A stretch of DNA of 57,030 bases, taken from positions 1-57,030 of the forward strand of contig JAHIKK010000023.1 of the NCBI GenBank assembly GCA_018897555.1, given 5' to 3'. The notes beneath the pieces are model-generated. The model was not told the origin of the DNA and did no database searches. It was given only the letters and a program-made list of their open reading frames with translations. Origin of the DNA: Candidatus Omnitrophota bacterium. GTDB lineage: Bacteria > Omnitrophota > Gorgyraeia > Gygaellales > Profunditerraquicolaceae. The position numbers and the translations under genes were made by a program. Positions 31,444 to 39,587 of this stretch are shown here, one piece after another; positions within the stretch are counted from its first letter, which is position 1; each line of letters begins with the position of its first letter.

Positions 31444-31838
31444 TTTTAGTAGATACTTCAGTTTGGATAGATTTTTTTGACCACCCTGATTCTGTTTATG
31501 CTAAAGAATTAAAGGGCCTGATTGAAAAAGATGAGGAGATCTGTCTTTTAGATTTAAATCTTACTGAGATTCTTCAGGGGATCAGGGATGAAGAGCCGTT
31601 TAAGCAGGTAAAAGAATATCTTACTCAGTTTCCCATTATTAGGACAGCCGGTTTAGAAACCCATATCCACGCCGCAAATATTTACCGTTTATGCCGAAAA
31701 CGGGGAAAGACGATTACTAAAACTATTGATGCTATAATTGCCGCCAGCGCTATTGAGAATAATTTGGTTTTATTTCATCGGGATAAGGATTTTGATTTAA
31801 TTGCCAGCTGTACCGAACTTAAGATTTTTTCGGGATAG
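31440..31838 (+). CDS. vapC: VapC PIN-domain toxin
   Basis: ILVDTSVWI, TEILQG, TIDAIIA, RDKDF acidic motifs. Confidence 0.93.
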   Translation: MILVDTSVWIDFFDHPDSVYAKELKGLIEKDEEICLLDLNLTEILQGIRDEEPFKQVKEYLTQFPIIRTAGLETHIHAANIYRLCRKRGKTITKTIDAIIAASAIENNLVLFHRDKDFDLIASCTELKIFSG

Positions 31839-31854
31839 AAAAGCAATAGGGTGA

Positions 31855-31971
31855 TATTTAGGACATTCAGATGCGGCGACGACGTTGTTGAGGTATTGCC
31901 CGCCAAAGCTTTAGTGGCGGGTGTTTCCGGAGGATTTAGAAGAGGCGGCTGAGATGCTGATGCAAGGGTAA
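31855..31971 (+). pseudogene. Tyrosine recombinase C-terminal remnant B, interrupted by a CCCGCC/GGCGGG hairpin
   Basis: In-frame LGHSDAATTLLRYC-PPKL*WR-VFPEDLEEAAEMLMQG*; hairpin at 31899-31921. Confidence 0.7.
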
Positions 31972-31975
31972 GGAG

Positions 31976-32633
31976 GTGAGTGTCGTGTCCCCGGGATTTC
32001 CCGTAATAAAGAAGATTGGAATAATCGCCTTGTTTCTATTGGGTTCTGTTGGTGGTTGTAGTGGTGTTGTGGAAGAGCGCGATATCGTTTCCACAGTTGA
32101 CACTAAAAATGTATACGAACAGTATGTTGTTATTCATGCCGGTCGTGATCAGGGAATCAAGGTAGGCAGCAAGTTTGCGTTATCACGGGAACATTGGATC
32201 ACGTCCATATGTCGTTGTATTTGAAGTGGCGGATACTACCTGCAAAGCCAGAGCGTATAAGGGGCGCACGATAACGGAGGTCCGCGCAGGTGATGACGCA
32301 AGGCTGTATGTACCAACAATGATAGAGAAAATCTTCCCGTGGCTTTGTACAGTACTTATTGTCCTTGTCTTAGCTATAAAGAGACGTAATGGGTTAATCT
32401 GGTTACTTGGAATCATCGGGTTAATATTGCAACCAATGGTAATGGATAACGGGGATATGTCGTATATTGGTTGGATAGGTATACTTTTTTCAATTATAGG
32501 GCTTTCGCTTTACGCAAAGGCGAAAGGACGACATGGTGCTTGGGGTTTATTTGGGTTGGTTCCTGTGCTTGGTACTCTATTTGGTGCTATAGTTATTTTG
32601 TGCCTTAAAGATTACTCATCGAATACTTCGTAA
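31976..32633 (+). pseudogene. Probably one frameshifted gene: lipoprotein signal + FlgT_C-like beta domain + about 4 TM helices
   Basis: ORF 31976-32224 (GGC lipobox, VVIHAGRDQGIKVGSKF) continues logically in the overlapping ORF 32175-32633 (VVVFEVADTTCKAR...VRAGD, then TMs). Confidence 0.5.
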
Positions 32634-32792
32634 GAACATATGTCCTATTTTAACAACTAGTCCACTAAAAGAGGGAAGTGCATTCCGTGAAATATTTAAT
32701 GATTATCCAGAAGATCTTGGTAGTCGTTCTATGAATGAATAAATCGCTAATAACTCATTTAGCATGCACGAAGGAACGAATGTTAGCTAACT

Positions 32793-32872
32793 GTCGCAAA
32801 AGTAAAGCTTTTGCGACGTTGGGGCGGGGAGTCGAGCACGGAATAGAGGGGATTTGGTGAACTTTTGCGACG
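32793..32872. repeat. GTCGCAAAAG/CTTTTGCGAC palindrome plus a second right arm; possible MITE or IS-end relic
   Basis: 10-bp IR at 32793-32817; CTTTTGCGACGTT repeated at 32808 and 32860. Confidence 0.5.
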
Positions 32873-32952
32873 TTCAAAGCGAATGCATGAAGAAATTAGC
32901 CTAATAATCAGCCTGCTCGAGGCACATGTCTTAAGTTTTTTCAAGAATTTGC

Positions 32953-32986
32953 TTGACATCAAACTAACCGTTCATTATAATGAACG
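32953..32986 (+). promoter_or_regulatory. Promoter with perfect 18-bp palindromic operator
   Basis: TTGACA-17-TATAAT; CGTTCATTATAATGAACG covers the -10. Confidence 0.8.
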
Positions 32987-33000
32987 AAGAGAATAATATA

Positions 33001-33567
33001 ATGAACAATCTAAAAATTAAAGAATATCTTTATCATCGCACACCCTTAAGGATCCTTTCTTTTATTTCTAATCATCCGGGAGAAGTATTTTCTGCTAATG
33101 AGATTTTCCAGTTGACCAAATCTAGCAAGGGCGCGACTAATCAAATATTGAGATTGCTTTCAGGGTTAGATATTTTGTCCAGGGAGAGGAAAGGGAACTT
33201 ATTTTTATATAGGCTCAACGCGGATAACCTTGTCTTAAGGCAGTTTAAAATATTTGAGAATTTGCTGGATCTTCAGGGGTTAGTGAAAAAAATTCAAAAA
33301 TACTGTTATGAGATTATTCTTTTTGGGAGCTGCGCGGACGGTTCTAATGGCAAGGGAAGCGACATAGATTTATTTATTATTACAGAATATAAAACAGAAG
33401 TTAGGAGAATTGTTGCTGAATATAAAACTGTTGATGTAAAGTATCAGGCGATTATTCAGGATCTTTTGGAATCTGTTTCTTCCAAAAAAGAAGATAGTGT
33501 ATTTCATGGGCAGATAAAAAAGGGCATAACCATTTGGAAAGGAAGGCCGGCTTATGAAGGATTATGA
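33001..33567 (+). CDS. wHTH + minimal nucleotidyltransferase (MntA-type antitoxin)
   Basis: N-terminal HTH; LFGSCADG...SDIDL; the ATG at 32980 overlaps the -10 box, so 33001 is preferred. Confidence 0.88.
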   Translation: MNNLKIKEYLYHRTPLRILSFISNHPGEVFSANEIFQLTKSSKGATNQILRLLSGLDILSRERKGNLFLYRLNADNLVLRQFKIFENLLDLQGLVKKIQKYCYEIILFGSCADGSNGKGSDIDLFIITEYKTEVRRIVAEYKTVDVKYQAIIQDLLESVSSKKEDSVFHGQIKKGITIWKGRPAYEGL

Positions 33568-33994
33568 TCTTAAAGAAGCGCTTGAGAAGAAGAAAATTAT
33601 TTCTTTCCCCGCCGGCCCCAGTCTTATTTCTAAAGAATTGGAGGCAGCCAAAGAAGATTTGCTTGACGCCAAAGATTTATTTTCTAGAGAGCGTTTTAAA
33701 TCCGCGACTACTTTGGCCTACTATACAATATTTCATACCACCAGGGCGCTGCTGTATAAAAAAGGGTATCGAGAAAAAAGTCATATTCAATTAGGTTTTG
33801 CCATTAAAGCATTCTACGTAGATAAGGGATTACTTCCGCAGGAATACTATAACAATTTTATTCAGGCGTTGGATTTTCGCGAATTGGCAGATTATAAAAG
33901 TAAGTTTTCCAAGGAAACCGCGGAAAGGAATATTCAAGCCGGGGAAGAAGCTATTAGATCAACGGGAAATATTTTAAAAAATAAAAAACTTTAA
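33554..33994 (+). CDS. HEPN-domain protein (UPF0332-like)
   Basis: AYYTIFH..RALL, SH, RELADY; overlaps the MNT gene. Confidence 0.88.
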   Translation: MKDYDLKEALEKKKIISFPAGPSLISKELEAAKEDLLDAKDLFSRERFKSATTLAYYTIFHTTRALLYKKGYREKSHIQLGFAIKAFYVDKGLLPQEYYNNFIQALDFRELADYKSKFSKETAERNIQAGEEAIRSTGNILKNKKL

Positions 33995-34104
33995 GCCCCG
34001 TCTAATTATTATTCTTTGTTCCAAAAAGTTCTAAAAAGTAGCTAAGATTGATTCCGTTATAAATATGTGCTATACTTTTTTTGGAATCAAAGAGCTCTTT
34101 AAAG

Positions 34105-34266
34105 ATATCCCTGCGGTGCGCGTTGGAAATTTGATAATTGTTGAACCAACACCATATTCACGGGAGCCCCATTATTCTTTATTGCACTTGTGCTTAAAGA
34201 TAGGGCACCCACCTGAAACCAAATCGGTTCAGACTATCAATCCAACGGCACTTTTGCGGGGATTTT
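34105..34266 (+). ncRNA. ssrS: 6S RNA
   Basis: Rod-like pairing ATCCCTGC/GCGGGGAT, GGTGC/GCACT, GTTGGA/TCCAAC, TTGATA/TATCAA; GGGAGCCC, GGGCACCCACCTG...GGTTCA and CAACGGCAC motifs as recalled from B. subtilis 6S-1; TTGATT-17-TATACT promoter at 34048-34076. Confidence 0.85.
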
Positions 34267-34269
34267 TTT

Positions 34270-34317
34270 GTCCGCCACAATACTTTGGCGGACAACCCGC
34301 CAATCATTGTGGCGGGT
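34270..34317. repeat. Double hairpin GTCCGCCA/TGGCGGAC + ACCCGCCA/TGGCGGGT
   Basis: Two perfect 8-bp stems in tandem. Confidence 0.8.
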
Positions 34318-34342
34318 AACCCATAATTAAGGATAAGTTAAA

Positions 34343-35188
34343 ATGATTTTCATTTTGCAAATATTAGTAGCCTTGGGCGCGGGTGTAGTTATCTATGCTG
34401 TTTTTGAGTTATTTGCATCCGGTAAGCCTGAAGCCCCGGGAAAGCAAAAAATCCAGATCCAGCCGCCTCCTGCTGCAGATCCCGGTAAAGAGCAAAAAAT
34501 CCAGCGTTTACAAAGCCAGGTCGCCAAGTTAGAAAGCCAGTTAGAGGCGGCCAGGGTTGGCTCTGTAGAGAAAAAATCCGAATCCACGGCAGTTAAAGAA
34601 AAAGAGGCGGAATTTTCGGTAGAGTTAAAGCGCAGAGAAGAATGGGTGGCTAAAGCGGAGGCAGAGTTAGCTAAGGAAAAAGCAGAAAATTTAGATTTAA
34701 ATAATAAGTTTATTACCAAAGAAAATGAGCTGCAGGGGGAGTTTGCTAAAAATGTAAATTTGACCCGCCAGATGCAGGACATAAAAGCCGCCCTGGAAGC
34801 AAAAGAGATGGCTTGCCGGCTTAAAGAAGATCAGTTGCAGGCGCAGAAACATCAAATCGCCAGCCAGCTTAAAAGCACGAATGAACATCTAGCGACGATT
34901 GCCGAGTTTAACCGTAAAGAAAAGATTAGCGAGTGGGTGCCTAAATTAGAGTTTAATAAATTAAATGAAGAGTACACAAAATTAGAGAAAGATTTAGAAG
35001 CCAGCCAGGAGAGATTAAAAAGTTTTGCCGTTGAGATTGCGCATTTGCGTCAGGGGATCGATAAAAAAGCTCCGCTGGCAGAAGAAATTAAGTTGCTAGG
35101 AGGCATCCCGGAAGAAATTAAACCAGAAGAAGCTAAGCCGGAAGAAATAAAGTCAGAAGAAAGTAAAACTGTAGAAGAGAAAAAATAA
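34343..35188 (+). CDS. Membrane-anchored coiled-coil protein with C-terminal PEE(I/A)K repeats
   Basis: N-terminal TM, Pro-rich linker, long E/K/Q/L heptad region. Confidence 0.7.
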   Translation: MIFILQILVALGAGVVIYAVFELFASGKPEAPGKQKIQIQPPPAADPGKEQKIQRLQSQVAKLESQLEAARVGSVEKKSESTAVKEKEAEFSVELKRREEWVAKAEAELAKEKAENLDLNNKFITKENELQGEFAKNVNLTRQMQDIKAALEAKEMACRLKEDQLQAQKHQIASQLKSTNEHLATIAEFNRKEKISEWVPKLEFNKLNEEYTKLEKDLEASQERLKSFAVEIAHLRQGIDKKAPLAEEIKLLGGIPEEIKPEEAKPEEIKSEESKTVEEKK

Positions 35189-35197
35189 AAGTTAATT

Positions 35198-35229
35198 ACA
35201 GTAGGGGAGGTTTAAACCTCCCCTACTGT
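35198..35229. repeat. Perfect 32-bp REP-like palindrome
   Basis: ACAGTAGGGGAGGTTTAAACCTCCCCTACTGT. Confidence 0.85.
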
Positions 35230-35273
35230 TAAAGTAAACAAGGTTTATCACATTGTCAAGGAAAGGAGAAATA

Positions 35274-35831
35274 ATGACTAGGAAAATGAAAATATTTATG
35301 GCATTATTGGTGTTTAGTTTAACCTTTTGTTACGGAGGGATTTTCGCGATGAATGAAACAATCGTAGTTCTAGAAACTAATCAAGGCAATATCGAGATCC
35401 AGCTGAAAAACGATATTGCACCCAAGAGCTGTGAAAATTTTACTAAATTAGTAGAAAAGGGTTATTACAATGGCCTGATTTTCCACCGGGTGATTAAAGG
35501 TTTTATGGTTCAGGGCGGAGATCCTACGGGGACGGGAATGGGGGGTTCCTCAATCTGGGGAAAGCCTTTTGAAGATGAAGTAACTCCGCAAGCCAAGTTT
35601 GACTCTGCGGGTATTTTGGCGATGGCCAATAGCGGGCCGAATACCAACGGCAGCCAGTTTTTTATTACTTGTGCTAAAACACCCGGGTTAAATATGCGCC
35701 ATACTATTTTTGGCGAGGTTGTTTCCGGCTTGGAGGTATTGCAAAAAATTGAAAACACTCCGGTGGATGCCGATGACCGGCCGATTGCCCAGCAAAAGAT
35801 TAATCGAGCGTATATAAAACCGAGCGCTTAA
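35274..35831 (+). CDS. Cyclophilin-type peptidyl-prolyl isomerase with signal peptide
   Basis: FHRVIKGFMVQGGDP, AMANSGPNTNGSQFFIT; AAGGAG RBS before ATG 35274. Confidence 0.95.
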   Translation: MTRKMKIFMALLVFSLTFCYGGIFAMNETIVVLETNQGNIEIQLKNDIAPKSCENFTKLVEKGYYNGLIFHRVIKGFMVQGGDPTGTGMGGSSIWGKPFEDEVTPQAKFDSAGILAMANSGPNTNGSQFFITCAKTPGLNMRHTIFGEVVSGLEVLQKIENTPVDADDRPIAQQKINRAYIKPSA

Positions 35832-35849
35832 AATAAACTTATAAATCTA

Positions 35850-35904
35850 GGGGACGGTTCTGTTTTTCCGTCGTATGATTTAATTGAAAAACAGAACCGT
35901 CCCC
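35850..35904. repeat. 19-bp inverted repeat (REP-like)
   Basis: GGGGACGGTTCTGTTTTTC-N17-GAAAAACAGAACCGTCCCC. Confidence 0.85.
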
Positions 35905-35918
35905 TTTTATTCTGCAAT

Positions 35919-37856
35919 ATGGAAAAAATAAATTATCGCCGGGAACTAAATCCCGCGCAGCTTAAAGCCGTAGAGTCTATCCACGGCCCGCATCTGGTAA
36001 TTGCCGGGGCCGGGAGCGGCAAGACGCGGGTTTTAGTGCATCGGGTTGCCTATCTGGTGGAACAAGGTATAGCGCCGGAGCAGATTCTCCTGCTTACTTT
36101 TACGCGCCGTTCAGCCGAAGAGATGCTGCGCCGGGCCAGCCTCCTGTTGGATGAGCGCTGCCGGAATGTTTCCGGAGGTACTTTTCATTCCTTTGCCAAT
36201 ATGATCTTAAGAAAATACGCCAAGCTTCTAGAAATTAACAATAATTTTACTATTCTTGATCAGGCGGATGCCGAGGATGTGGTAAATTTAATACGCACGC
36301 AGTTAAATTTTCATAAATCTAAAAAAACGTTTCCGCGTAAACATGCTATTTTAGAGGTAATCTCTAAAAGTGTGAATAAATCCGAAGAGATCTCCGGGGT
36401 GCTGCTGGATGAATATCCGCAGTTTATTGAATTTGCCGAAGAGATTAAAAAAATACGCGATGCCTATAATAAATATAAACGTCAAAAATCGCTCCTGGAT
36501 TATGATGATCTGTTAGTTTTTCTAAAAAATCTGCTCGCCAATCATGAGGCTGTGCGCGCCAGCCTGGGTGCCAAATACAAATACATTATGGTCGATGAGT
36601 ATCAGGATACCAATAAGCTTCAGGCGCACATTGCCTGCCTGCTGGCCGCGGATCATGCCAACATCATGGTGGTGGGTGATGATGCCCAAAGCATCTATTC
36701 TTTTCGGGGAGCAAATTTTAAAAACATCATTGATTTTCCCAAGATATTTAAAGGCACCAAGGTTATTACGCTGGAAGAGAATTACCGTTCCACTCAACCG
36801 ATCCTGAATTTGACGAATGCGGTTATCGCGCAAGCCAAAGAGAAATTCCAGAAGAATCTCTATACCCGGAAGAAGGGGGGAGACACCCCGGTTTTTATCG
36901 ATTGCCCGGATGAAAATTCGCAATCCGTTTTTGTGGCCGAAAAAATTCTGGAATTAAGGGAAGAGGGCGTGGCTTTAAAAGATATGGCTGTGCTTTTTCG
37001 TTCCGGATGGCACTCCAATGATTTAGAGATTGAGTTAGCCGGCCGGATTATTCCTTTCGCAAAATACGGCGGGCAAAAATTTGTGGAAGCCGCGCACATC
37101 AAAGACTTGGTAAGCTATTTACGCATTGCCTACAATGTTCTTGATCAGGTCAGTTGGTTGCGCGCTCTGGAATTGATTCCCAGGATCGGCCCTAAAACCG
37201 CGGCTAAAATTATCGAGGCAATTCCGGACCAAGCCAAGTTAGAGCAGTTGTGGCAGAAGAATGATGAACTTAAGGAATTGTTCGCATTATTGAAAAACAT
37301 AGGCCTCAAGCGTGACAGCCCCGCGGAGATTATCGCCAGGTTCCTGGGTTATTATCAGCCATTATTAAAGATCAAATATGATGATTTTAACAAGCGTTTA
37401 AATGACCTGGATTCACTATTAAGAATCGCCCAGCGCTATAAAACAACCGAGCAATTTTTAGTGGATATGGCTTTGGAGCCTCCGGAAAGGATGCTGGTTG
37501 AGCCGGCCAGGCTAAATAAAGATGATGCCCCGCTTACCCTTTCGACGATACATTCGGCCAAGGGGATGGAATGGCATACGGTATTTTTAATCTATGTTGC
37601 CGAGGGGCACCTGCCTTCTTATTTATCTTTAGGGACAGAGGAGAAGATTGAGGAGGAGCGCCGCCTGTTTTATGTTGCCGCTACCCGGGCGAAAGTAAAT
37701 TTATTTTTATTAAAACCGCATATTGATCGTTCACCCCGGAGTTTTATGGACGGTGGCGGTTCAGTGTTTACCCAGGTTTCCCGTTTTCTAGAGCAGGGTG
37801 GCTTGCTCGGGGAGTTTGTAGATGTGCAGAGCGCCGGTATCCCCGATTTATCTTGA
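35919..37856 (+). CDS. UvrD/PcrA-family helicase
   Basis: AGAGSGKT, TFT, DEYQD, GDDAQSIYSFRGA, ENYRS, TIHSAKGMEW, EERRLFYVA. Confidence 0.95.
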   Translation: MEKINYRRELNPAQLKAVESIHGPHLVIAGAGSGKTRVLVHRVAYLVEQGIAPEQILLLTFTRRSAEEMLRRASLLLDERCRNVSGGTFHSFANMILRKYAKLLEINNNFTILDQADAEDVVNLIRTQLNFHKSKKTFPRKHAILEVISKSVNKSEEISGVLLDEYPQFIEFAEEIKKIRDAYNKYKRQKSLLDYDDLLVFLKNLLANHEAVRASLGAKYKYIMVDEYQDTNKLQAHIACLLAADHANIMVVGDDAQSIYSFRGANFKNIIDFPKIFKGTKVITLEENYRSTQPILNLTNAVIAQAKEKFQKNLYTRKKGGDTPVFIDCPDENSQSVFVAEKILELREEGVALKDMAVLFRSGWHSNDLEIELAGRIIPFAKYGGQKFVEAAHIKDLVSYLRIAYNVLDQVSWLRALELIPRIGPKTAAKIIEAIPDQAKLEQLWQKNDELKELFALLKNIGLKRDSPAEIIARFLGYYQPLLKIKYDDFNKRLNDLDSLLRIAQRYKTTEQFLVDMALEPPERMLVEPARLNKDDAPLTLSTIHSAKGMEWHTVFLIYVAEGHLPSYLSLGTEEKIEEERRLFYVAATRAKVNLFLLKPHIDRSPRSFMDGGGSVFTQVSRFLEQGGLLGEFVDVQSAGIPDLS

Positions 37857-37888
37857 GGTGGGCCTGAAAGTATGTTAAAATTTCTAAT

Positions 37889-38539
37889 ATGATTATCAGT
37901 CAGCAAAAGCCCCTGGAGGATTTATTATCCAGTCTTGCAGGGTATAACAAAATATTCTTAATGGGTTGTGGTGAGTGCGCAACTGCTTGTAAGAGCGGGG
38001 GCCAGCCGGAGATTGCAAAAATACAGCAGGCGCTGGAGGCGGCGGGTAAAGTGATTACCGGTTCATGCATTCCGTCTGCGCCTTGCGTAGCCGCGAAACT
38101 TAAAACAGAGCTAGCCAAAAATATGAAGGCTTTACGTCAATCAGAGGCAGCCTTGATTTTGGCCTGCGGTTTAGGGGTGCAGTCATTTAAAGATAATGAC
38201 CGCCTGGATTTAGCGGTTTTGCCTGCTTGCGATACCCTCTTTGGCGCAGTGATGGACGCGCAAGGTAATTTCTATGAAAAATGTTCTATGTGCGGAGAAT
38301 GTGTTTTGGAGGCCACCGCCGGGATCTGTCCGCTAACCCTTTGTCCTAAGAGCCTGCTTAATGGCCCTTGCGGCGGAGTGAGCCAAGGCAAATGCGAAGT
38401 AGACAACCAGAAGGATTGCGCCTGGATTTTAATCTACAGGGAATTAGATAAAAAGAAAAAATTAGCATCATTAAAAGAAATCCGCAAGCCTAAAGATTTT
38501 AAGAAATCCGCCAGGCCGCATAAATTGATGATAACCTAA
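37889..38539 (+). CDS. Methylenetetrahydrofolate reductase C-terminal-domain (MetV-like) Cys-rich protein
   Basis: CSMCGEC, CPLTLCPKSLLNGPCGG, CEV...CAW. Confidence 0.85.
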   Translation: MIISQQKPLEDLLSSLAGYNKIFLMGCGECATACKSGGQPEIAKIQQALEAAGKVITGSCIPSAPCVAAKLKTELAKNMKALRQSEAALILACGLGVQSFKDNDRLDLAVLPACDTLFGAVMDAQGNFYEKCSMCGECVLEATAGICPLTLCPKSLLNGPCGGVSQGKCEVDNQKDCAWILIYRELDKKKKLASLKEIRKPKDFKKSARPHKLMIT

Positions 38540-38540
38540 T

Positions 38541-38978
38541 ATGGCAGAACAGTTTCCCTATAGCGAAAAAGTCATGGATCATTTTATGAATCCCCGCAAT
38601 GTCGGGGAGATTCCCGACGCCAGCGGTATCGGCACGGTGGGTAATCCTGTTTGTGGGGATGTAATGAAGATGTATTTAAAAATAGAAAATGAAATAATTG
38701 TAGATGCAAAATTTAAAACCTTTGGCTGTGGTGCTGCCGTCGCCACTAGTTCTATGGTCACGGAGATGGTTAAAGGGAAAAGTATTCTCGAGGCTTTAAC
38801 AATTACTAACAAAACAGTAGCGCAAGCATTGGGGGGGTTGCCCGCGATTAAAATGCATTGTTCGGTTTTAGCGGAGGAGGCCTTGCGTTCCGCGTTAAAA
38901 GATTATTATAAAAAGCAGGGGAAAGAGGTTCCTTTTGAAGACAAGGCGCATACTCACGAAGGGGAGACTTGTTTATAG
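38541..38978 (+). CDS. nifU: Fe-S scaffold, NifU/IscU N-terminal type
   Basis: NPRNVG, NPVCGD, TFGCG, KMHCS. Confidence 0.92.
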   Translation: MAEQFPYSEKVMDHFMNPRNVGEIPDASGIGTVGNPVCGDVMKMYLKIENEIIVDAKFKTFGCGAAVATSSMVTEMVKGKSILEALTITNKTVAQALGGLPAIKMHCSVLAEEALRSALKDYYKKQGKEVPFEDKAHTHEGETCL

Positions 38979-38985
38979 GCTGGTT

Positions 38986-39531
38986 ATGTTGACAAAAGCT
39001 CAAATACGTAGTAAAATTCTTTTAAGATTAAAAACACAGAAGGAGGAAGACCGAAGCCGAAAAAGTAAGCTGATTACAGGTAAACTTTTAAGGAATAAGG
39101 TTTTTAAAAAGGCCAAGATAGTGATGTTTTACATCGCTTTTGGTGGGGAAGTAAATACTGAAAGTATGATTAGGGAAGCTAAAAAAATAGGCAAGCTTAT
39201 ATGCGTGCCAGTTTGCAGAAAAGATAAAGAAACTATGCAGCCAGCCATATTAAAAGATCACGCTAAATTGAAAAAAGGTCCTTATGGAGTTTTAGAGCCT
39301 GTGGCGCTTACTCAGGTTAAACCAGAGGAGCTGGATCTTATTATTGTCCCCGGCCTAGCTTTTGATAAAAAGGGTAATCGTTTGGGCCGCGGTAAAGGTT
39401 GCTACGATCGTTTCTTATGTACGCTTTCTGAAAAAATACCTTCCATAGGTTTGGCTTTTGATTTCCAAATCTTACCCCTAGTCCCCACCACCTGCTATGA
39501 TGTAAGCGTTAAGAAAATTATCTTTTCCTAG
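38986..39531 (+). CDS. 5-formyltetrahydrofolate cyclo-ligase
   Basis: GVLEP, IIVPGLAFD, RLGRGKGCYD; start moved to ATG 38986. Confidence 0.93.
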   Translation: MLTKAQIRSKILLRLKTQKEEDRSRKSKLITGKLLRNKVFKKAKIVMFYIAFGGEVNTESMIREAKKIGKLICVPVCRKDKETMQPAILKDHAKLKKGPYGVLEPVALTQVKPEELDLIIVPGLAFDKKGNRLGRGKGCYDRFLCTLSEKIPSIGLAFDFQILPLVPTTCYDVSVKKIIFS

Positions 39532-39587
39532 AACTCCTAAAAAAGCTTAAAAACTGGAATAAGTAAGGTCAAAAGGGAGGAAGAGAA

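Noticed and set aside
34065-34319. 84-aa CDS
   Set aside because: Overlaps the 6S RNA and hairpins; its start lies within the promoter
37889-38978. Orphan MetV-like and NifU genes as a novel module
   Set aside because: Partners (MetF, NifS) may simply be elsewhere; no evidence of a joint function
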